A stretch of 60,593 nucleotides of DNA. Origin: a virus (lineage: Duplodnaviria > Caudoviricetes). The DNA lies in the IMG/VR virus record IMGVR_UViG_3300006920_000048, positions 1-60,593 of that record; one strand, given 5' to 3'. Under the pieces are notes generated by a model. The model searched no databases, was not told where the DNA came from, and saw only the letters and a program-made list of their open reading frames with translations. Shown here in pieces: positions 54,720-60,593 of this stretch (its first letter is position 1; every line of letters starts with the position of its first letter). The position numbers were made by a program, and so were the translations under genes.

Positions 54720-56592
54720 AAACCGCTTGGGTTATGATTTGGATATGCGCCGAAGCTTTGTTAAGCGATCTGCTGCCAATGCATTCATGGTTTCACATAA
54801 CACGACTCGGCCTGAGATCATGGGTGGGTTCAACTCGTTTAGAGCCGAGATTAAGAAGATTGAAGGTATAAACACACCGGAATCGGTAAAGACTCACCGA
54901 TTGGCTACAGATGTGCTTAACCACTTGAAAAAGCGGTTGGAGAACAACATGACACCAGTACACGCTCCTACGACGGACGCACTTGCTGCTCTTGGGTACA
55001 CGATGTTCTTGGCAAGTAACCCTCCACACATCCTTGCGAATATGACACAACCTATCCAGACTACACTGCCATTCCTTGGAGGGATGTTCGGGTTTACTAA
55101 AGCTGCTGGAGCCATGTTCAAGGCGTTGGGTGATGCGGTTAAAATTTTGAAAGATACCGTTCGAGGTGGTTACGGCGCTGCTGGTTGGACAGGTATCTTG
55201 GATGCTCACATCTCGGTTGATAGCGCGGATTTGAATGCTGGAGAGAAGGCTGCAATGAATGCGTTCATTGATTCAGGTAGGCTTGAGTTTACTCAGGCTC
55301 ATGGCATTGGTCGTATAGCACAAGGACAGAATGAGAGGCTTAATACTTGGTCAAAAGCCATGGGTGCTGCATCCCATTTCTCAGAAGCGATTAACCGTAT
55401 TGTCACCGGCTTGGCAGCATACAACCTGTCAATGGCGCGGGAGTTGGCCAACGGCAAGAGTCCTGAAGCAGCGCAGGCGGCAGCTACACAATTTGGATTA
55501 ACAGCCATAGGCAAGACACAGTTTTTATATGATACAGAGAATAAGGCTTACGCCTTCTCCAAGGATGGTGTGCTTGGTTCAGTGACACCACTTGCCACAG
55601 GCTTCCAGCAGTTCAATATGCAGATGCTTCAGTTGATATCTGATCTAACACTGCAAGCGTTCGACGGATCACCACAAGAGAAAGGTGAGGCCAAGAGAGC
55701 TATGGCTGGGATGCTGGCTACAACTACTATGCTTGCTGGACTGATTGGGCTACCGTTCATGGCAGTGATTGGCGCTGTTTATGATAGACTTGGTGACGAT
55801 GATGACCCTAATGATCTGCGAGCTGACATGACTGCTTGGCTGTCAAATATTTTCGGTGCTGATGCTACCAACATAATGATGCACGGTGCGGTTGATAAGG
55901 CTCTTGGTGGAACACTCAGCACCAGAGTAGCGTTGTCCGATATCATCCCTTTCTCAAGGTTCCTAGCTGATCGTAGAGAGTTGAAGGACAAGCTGGACTC
56001 TGGCGCTCTAGGTCTTCTAGGGCCATCAGTCGGTGCTGGTGTAAACATTGCGCTTGGTGCAGCCAAGATCGTTGATGGTGATGTGTTCAAAGGTATGGTG
56101 ATGATGTTACCTGCAGGACTTCAAGGCCCGTTGAAAGGCTTTGATCTAGCACAGAATGGATTTACAACTGGTCGTGGTGATCAACTGCCTATATCAGCAA
56201 GCTCCTGGGACACTATGATTCAGACATTGAATTTCAGCCCTACAGTGAAATCAGAGCTACAGCGCAATGTGAGTTCTGAGTTTGTGAGGGATAGCTTGTT
56301 GAACAAGAGAAAATCCCGACTAACACGTGACTTTATTGAAGCACTTGAAACTGGCAACGTTAATGATCAGCAGCGGGTAGGTAAGGAGATCGTAGCTTTC
56401 TTTGTACAAAACCCTGAACGTGGGGTGTTTGATATAGCAGCAGCTGTTAAAGGTAGGGATACTAAGCTGGCTGTAGCACGGGCTACTGAGACTGGTATTC
56501 AAACATCAGCCACACGAGCCGCTAGTGTAATAAACCGTCTACAAGGCAGCATAACCACTAATTTAAAAGAGAGTATAGCAAATGGGCTGTAA
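54694..56592 (+). CDS. Large polyvalent internal virion protein, C-terminal part (+1 frame)
   Basis: Frame open from 54694: PAANLARRKNRLGYDLDMRRSF; no RBS before TTG 54727. Confidence 0.7.
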   Translation, partial: PAANLARRKNRLGYDLDMRRSFVKRSAANAFMVSHNTTRPEIMGGFNSFRAEIKKIEGINTPESVKTHRLATDVLNHLKKRLENNMTPVHAPTTDALAALGYTMFLASNPPHILANMTQPIQTTLPFLGGMFGFTKAAGAMFKALGDAVKILKDTVRGGYGAAGWTGILDAHISVDSADLNAGEKAAMNAFIDSGRLEFTQAHGIGRIAQGQNERLNTWSKAMGAASHFSEAINRIVTGLAAYNLSMARELANGKSPEAAQAAATQFGLTAIGKTQFLYDTENKAYAFSKDGVLGSVTPLATGFQQFNMQMLQLISDLTLQAFDGSPQEKGEAKRAMAGMLATTTMLAGLIGLPFMAVIGAVYDRLGDDDDPNDLRADMTAWLSNIFGADATNIMMHGAVDKALGGTLSTRVALSDIIPFSRFLADRRELKDKLDSGALGLLGPSVGAGVNIALGAAKIVDGDVFKGMVMMLPAGLQGPLKGFDLAQNGFTTGRGDQLPISASSWDTMIQTLNFSPTVKSELQRNVSSEFVRDSLLNKRKSRLTRDFIEALETGNVNDQQRVGKEIVAFFVQNPERGVFDIAAAVKGRDTKLAVARATETGIQTSATRAASVINRLQGSITTNLKESIANGL

Positions 56593-57169
56593 TATAAAAG
56601 AAACTTTCTGTGTTAACAGAGGTGCTACATTCATCAAGCGATTTATGTGGGACAACGGAGTGCTGGTATCAACACCAATTACAGCCATAACCCAATCGGC
56701 TCCTGCGGTTGTTACAGCAGCATCACATGGTCTGGTCAACGGGTGGCGAGCGGCTGTCGTGTCTGCAGGAGGCATGGTTGCGTTAAACAGTCAGAACTTC
56801 CCACCACATACAGCTGACCTTAAGGTGATCACTGTTGTTGATGCCAATAATGTGCAGTTTGATAATGTGAACTCCACTGACTATGCGGCATATACATCAA
56901 GTGGGTTCCTTGTGTCTCGACAGGCTGTCAGCCTCGCCGGTGCCAGTGCCACCATGAATATACGCTCAGCGCCTCAATCAGGTACTATTCTAAAGACACT
57001 GACTTCTTCCCCTGCTGCTGGCATCACGCTTGATGACAGTGCAAAGACAATAACAGTGACGTTCGATACCTTAGCAGAGACCTGGGACTTCGGGTACTTT
57101 GATTTGGAGGTTACACAAGCGTCAGGTGTAATTGTGGAGATATCCAACGGGACTATCCAAATCGAGTAA
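56582..57169 (+). CDS. Virion-associated beta-rich protein
   Basis: ITAITQSAPAVVTAASHGL..G motif nested in a RGATF...FDLEVT...GTIQI domain. Confidence 0.7.
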   Translation: MGCNIKETFCVNRGATFIKRFMWDNGVLVSTPITAITQSAPAVVTAASHGLVNGWRAAVVSAGGMVALNSQNFPPHTADLKVITVVDANNVQFDNVNSTDYAAYTSSGFLVSRQAVSLAGASATMNIRSAPQSGTILKTLTSSPAAGITLDDSAKTITVTFDTLAETWDFGYFDLEVTQASGVIVEISNGTIQIE

Positions 57170-57180
57170 GGAGTATAACA

Positions 57181-58008
57181 ATGCCAAACGACTATAAACT
57201 ACCAGGTCATACAGCGATAAACATAGCTACTGAGGATGTAGGTAGTAGACACTTCACGCTTGTTAAACCAGCTGATGGACTTGAGATTTCCAGAGGTAGT
57301 GTAGCTAATCTATCATCTGTCAACAGGTTTGGGGCAATACAAGCTGTAGGAACTACATATGAGGATGTGTGGTCGCAGGGAGGTACATGGGTTCCACTTG
57401 CAGCAGCAACCACTCTGGCGGTATCATCATCCAACGCTGCTGACACTGCTGCAGGCACAGGTGCGAGGACTTTACGAATACAAGGACTCGATGCTAATTA
57501 TCTTGCAATTTCTGAAGATATTACCCTTGCAGGGTTGACACCAGTAATAACCACTGAACTGTTCTTGTTCGTCAACAGAGCATTTGTTTTGACTGGCGGT
57601 AGTGCTTCGCATAATGTCGGTGTTATCTATATAGTTGATGACAGCGATACACACACTGCAGGGGTTCCAGATACACCGGCCTTGCTCCAAGCATACATAA
57701 TCGCGGCAGAGGGGGAGACGAGATTAGCCAGATACACTATACCGGATTCGGTTGGGGCGTATCTCACATCTCTTTATACAATCGCTGGAGAGAACAAAAT
57801 AATAACATTTCAGTTTTGGAGGTGGGATCATATAAACAGATCACAGCGGATAATGTTTGAGGGTTTAACAACAGATTCCAACATTACTAAAGTATTCCAC
57901 CCTCCTGCCGTGTTGGATGCCAAAACGACCATCCTTGTCCGTACTAAGGTTAGTGTTGGCACAGCAGCGGTGGCGTCAGGGTTTGACATTATTTTGGAGA
58001 GTGCTTAG
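57181..58008 (+). CDS. Virion-associated protein, apparently inserted
   Basis: AAGGAG RBS; SVNRFG...EDVW, GTGARTLRIQGLDANY; flanked by duplicated 31-bp sequence. Confidence 0.75.
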   Translation: MPNDYKLPGHTAINIATEDVGSRHFTLVKPADGLEISRGSVANLSSVNRFGAIQAVGTTYEDVWSQGGTWVPLAAATTLAVSSSNAADTAAGTGARTLRIQGLDANYLAISEDITLAGLTPVITTELFLFVNRAFVLTGGSASHNVGVIYIVDDSDTHTAGVPDTPALLQAYIIAAEGETRLARYTIPDSVGAYLTSLYTIAGENKIITFQFWRWDHINRSQRIMFEGLTTDSNITKVFHPPAVLDAKTTILVRTKVSVGTAAVASGFDIILESA

Positions 58009-58088
58009 ATACCCAACGGAACTATTCAAATTGAGTAGTAATTAGTGTACTATTTGGCTTAACATATTTTTTATCTAGGAGCAATACC

Positions 58089-58517
58089 ATGAGTAAAGGC
58101 GATACATTTGAAAACGATTGGCTGAAGTTAGTGTTTAACGCAACAGCCATTGCCAATTTAGCAGACAACGCGGCGGCATCACCGATAACAAACATCGAAG
58201 TTGCTCTGCACACATCCGATCCAGGTGAGGCTGGTAATCAAACAACCAATGAAGCGACATACACAAGTTACGCACGTGTGTCAGTTGCACGTACCACAGG
58301 TGGTTGGACGGTCACAGGTAACAGCGTCAGTCCTGTTGCAACCATCTCATTCCCAGCAGGTACAGGTGGGTCTGGCACAGTGACCCATTGGTCAGCTGGT
58401 ACGGCAAACACTGGTACAGGTAAGATTATGTACAGTGGCACAGTGACTCCGAACATTGTTACCGGCAGTGGTGTCACACCCCAATTGACTACAGCCTCTA
58501 CTATCACAGAAGATTAA
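58089..58517 (+). CDS. Small tail-fibre-associated structural protein
   Basis: FENDWLKL...VALHTSDPGEAG...EATYTSYARV. Confidence 0.75.
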   Translation: MSKGDTFENDWLKLVFNATAIANLADNAAASPITNIEVALHTSDPGEAGNQTTNEATYTSYARVSVARTTGGWTVTGNSVSPVATISFPAGTGGSGTVTHWSAGTANTGTGKIMYSGTVTPNIVTGSGVTPQLTTASTITED

Positions 58518-58521
58518 ATAT

Positions 58522-58558
58522 GTAGATACCCCACCTGGACATCAGCAGGGGTATCTAC
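58522..58558. terminator. 11-bp inverted repeat, possible terminator or processing hairpin
   Basis: gtagatacccc ... ggggtatctac; no clear U-tract on + strand. Confidence 0.4.
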
Positions 58559-58601
58559 TAAACAACATATTAATTAGATACAATTATTTAAGAGGTGAAA
58601 A

Positions 58602-59159
58602 ATGTTAACGGTAGAACAAAGAGCAGTGCTTAAAGCTGATATCGAGGCGAGCGTAGATCCTGCTGTGGTTACGGCGTTAGGCGGTGGAGTAGTAGGTAGG
58701 GATGACACGACATTAGCTGCCATTTATAACGCGGACTCTGCATATGTTGCGTGGCGAAGCGATACACCAAAAAGCGGAATTTTCACAGCGCTGGCTTGGA
58801 AGAGTATGACTCCAATAGATGTGCCTGACGGTACTACTTTATGGACTAACCGAAGCCTGGCATGCCAAGGTAAGCAATTTGTCTTGCAGACTATGCTAAT
58901 CTCTGCAGGCACTACTTTAGATATGTCAGATAATTCTGTAAGAACGGGTATTAAAGACGCTATACAGGATTTGCCTTCTGGTATCGGTGGCGCGCTGCAA
59001 GATGCAGGGTGGCCAACAGTTAAAGCCGTTTCTATACGGTTTGCAACAAGAGCTGAGGAGCTTTTCGCCATAGGAGGCGGAACCCAAGGAACTCCAGGAA
59101 AGTTAGTTTTCCAGGGCACTATTACAATCAACGATATAGGAACAGCATTCAATGGCTAA
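58602..59159 (+). CDS. Hypothetical virion-associated protein
   Basis: GAGG RBS; MLT.EQ...LKADI...ATRAEELFA.G.GT. Confidence 0.7.
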   Translation: MLTVEQRAVLKADIEASVDPAVVTALGGGVVGRDDTTLAAIYNADSAYVAWRSDTPKSGIFTALAWKSMTPIDVPDGTTLWTNRSLACQGKQFVLQTMLISAGTTLDMSDNSVRTGIKDAIQDLPSGIGGALQDAGWPTVKAVSIRFATRAEELFAIGGGTQGTPGKLVFQGTITINDIGTAFNG

Positions 59160-59652
59160 TGAATCCTACATTAACAAAGGAACTTCTGTTCTCTTTAACG
59201 GCGAGGTTGGTGCTGGTGTAGCCTTTTCTATGGAAGGGGTCGCAAATGCCGCTGGTCGCGTGTCGGCTCAAAAAGATTGGGGCGCACTACCTAGACCTGA
59301 TAGGTACGGATGGTCTTGTGAGGTGCAGTGGCAAGCTACCCCGGCTCAAGGGGCAGTCCTAGAGCTATATATCGCGGAAGCCCCGGACGCTGATAGTACA
59401 CAAATCAGTGGTGATGTTGGAACGTCGGACGCGGCTTTAGGTGATGTTGATATGCGCCGTAACTTAAAATTCATAGGTGCGGTAGTCAGTGAAAATGCAA
59501 CAGCGAGTGAGAAATGTGTTGCTTCTGGTGAGTTTTATAGCGATATGCGATACCACAGCGCGGCTGGATATAACGCAGGCGGAGCGTCTATAAATGCTAC
59601 AGACTCAAACTTCAGATTGGATATTTGGCCTATTTACGATCAGGGCCAGTAA
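59152..59652 (+). CDS. Hypothetical virion-associated beta protein
   Basis: Coupled ORF, 166 aa. Confidence 0.7.
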   Translation: MANESYINKGTSVLFNGEVGAGVAFSMEGVANAAGRVSAQKDWGALPRPDRYGWSCEVQWQATPAQGAVLELYIAEAPDADSTQISGDVGTSDAALGDVDMRRNLKFIGAVVSENATASEKCVASGEFYSDMRYHSAAGYNAGGASINATDSNFRLDIWPIYDQGQ

Positions 59653-59655
59653 ACA

Positions 59656-60593
59656 ATGGCCGGTTATTTTAAAGCTCGGGATAGGGATAGGACGCGACAG
59701 CCTGACCCTGTCCCGCAGTTAAAAAACCCCGCTAGATGGGCGATGGTCGACGTCGAGGGGCGGCCGTTGATGGGCGTCTCTGCTCAGGATATCGTTAAAA
59801 CGTATAATAATGCTGCCACAACAGGCTATACCGCAGGCGGGAGGGCATTAGAGTTTTCAGCCAATACTGCTTGGGTAGGTTACGGCAGTAATGCAGCTCT
59901 ACAACTAGGTACGTTTACCTGGATAATACAAGTCGCAATCCCAGCTGGTGCAGGCAATACGACTTTATGTAACACCAATGCCGGGACTATAAGTTCAGGT
60001 GGCGCGGTTCTGTATCGCGACGGGGCGGGTCGTATACAGCTTACTAAGCTAGACATTGCCAGCATTATCTATCCTACTGCACCGCTAATGAAGACAGACG
60101 GTAGTTTATCGACTGTCGTTTTATCCTACAACTCATCGACAGGTCGAGCGCATGTTGCGATTGACGGTAGGCTGGCAACAGGCACTCAAACTACAACATT
60201 TAATCACGGGTTAGTAGCGTCTAACAGATATTACTTAGCAGATACCACTTTTGCAGCGGCGCACAAGCGAAATCTCCTAGCGATATCACCTTATGAAACA
60301 TTAGATGACAAAGAACTAATCAGTTTATCACTTAACCCCTGGCAAATATTTCAGCCGATCAGTCGCAGGATATGGGTTAGTGTGCCGGCTGGCGGTTCCA
60401 TAGGCGCGTCATCTGGGACGAGCACCACCGCTGCTACTGGTGAAGCAATAATAAACAGTGTCGCAACTTCCGCTGGTACAAGCACTACCGCAGCTACCGG
60501 TGAAGCAATAATAAACAGTGTCGCAACTTCCGCCGGGACAAGCACCACCGCTGCTACTGGTGAAGCAATAATAAACAGTGTCGCAACTTCCTC
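59656..60593 (+). CDS. 5' part of LamG-like plus Ser/Thr-repeat adhesin (runs off the end; not in ORF track)
   Basis: Open from ATG 59656 (MAGYFKARD...VVLSYNSSTGRAHVAIDG...LSLNPWQIFQP) into the 20-aa repeats. Confidence 0.85.
   Translation, partial: MAGYFKARDRDRTRQPDPVPQLKNPARWAMVDVEGRPLMGVSAQDIVKTYNNAATTGYTAGGRALEFSANTAWVGYGSNAALQLGTFTWIIQVAIPAGAGNTTLCNTNAGTISSGGAVLYRDGAGRIQLTKLDIASIIYPTAPLMKTDGSLSTVVLSYNSSTGRAHVAIDGRLATGTQTTTFNHGLVASNRYYLADTTFAAAHKRNLLAISPYETLDDKELISLSLNPWQIFQPISRRIWVSVPAGGSIGASSGTSTTAATGEAIINSVATSAGTSTTAATGEAIINSVATSAGTSTTAATGEAIINSVATS
60421..60593 (+). repeat. 60-bp coding tandem repeat, about 3 copies
   Basis: Units start at 60421, 60481 and 60541; same unit as 1..240. 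Confidence 0.95.

Noticed and set aside
49536-56592. Giant ORF as an N4-like virion RNA polymerase
   Set aside because: I found no RNA polymerase catalytic motifs by eye; HExxH and PLxRFG-type motifs indicate a polyvalent ejection protein
5009-56592. Alternative genetic code or stop-codon readthrough
   Set aside because: All three stops end genes normally and coding density is high under the standard code; the one split gene involves a frame change, not readthrough
57140-57169. ISNGTIQIE resembling the INGCI family motif
   Set aside because: It ends a 195-aa structural protein with a different architecture; probably a generic terminal beta-hairpin
60421-60593. Terminal direct repeat or exact circular overlap
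   Set aside because: End units differ from start units at several positions; this is an assembly break in a tandem repeat, not a demonstrated physical terminus

Overview
The window looks like an essentially complete ~60.6 kb tailed dsDNA phage genome. Its organisation is podovirus-like, with an N4-gp56-type major capsid protein. The host is probably Gram-negative, judging by a lipoprotein and sigma70 promoters. The contig is broken inside a 60-bp coding tandem repeat: the ORF opening at 59656 runs off the right end and resumes in frame at the left end (3..725). Leftward arm (31.3 kb to 5 kb): small early genes under three near-identical sigma70 promoters, a dispersed palindrome family (TAGTAC-N3-GTACTA), an AT-rich candidate origin, a MoxR-like AAA+ ATPase, a metallopeptidase-vWA gene, an intein-containing family A DNA polymerase, nucleases, an SNF2 helicase, an SSB-like protein and a primase-helicase. 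Rightward arm (31.7 kb onward, wrapping to 5 kb): terminase, an Acb2-like anti-CBASS gene, portal, scaffold, capsid, tail and internal virion proteins (the largest split by a frameshift), Ser/Thr-rich adhesin-like proteins and lysis genes. No integrase, tRNA, CRISPR array, reverse transcriptase or RNA polymerase was recognised. The best candidate for an undescribed system is an array of nine small (57-78 aa), highly diverged paralogues. They share a C-terminal [IV]-N-G-[CT]-I-h-h motif and are interleaved with the AAA+/vWA-peptidase pair (18.2-22.8 kb). One member is missing from the supplied ORF track. All family assignments come from motif recognition by eye; no searches were run.
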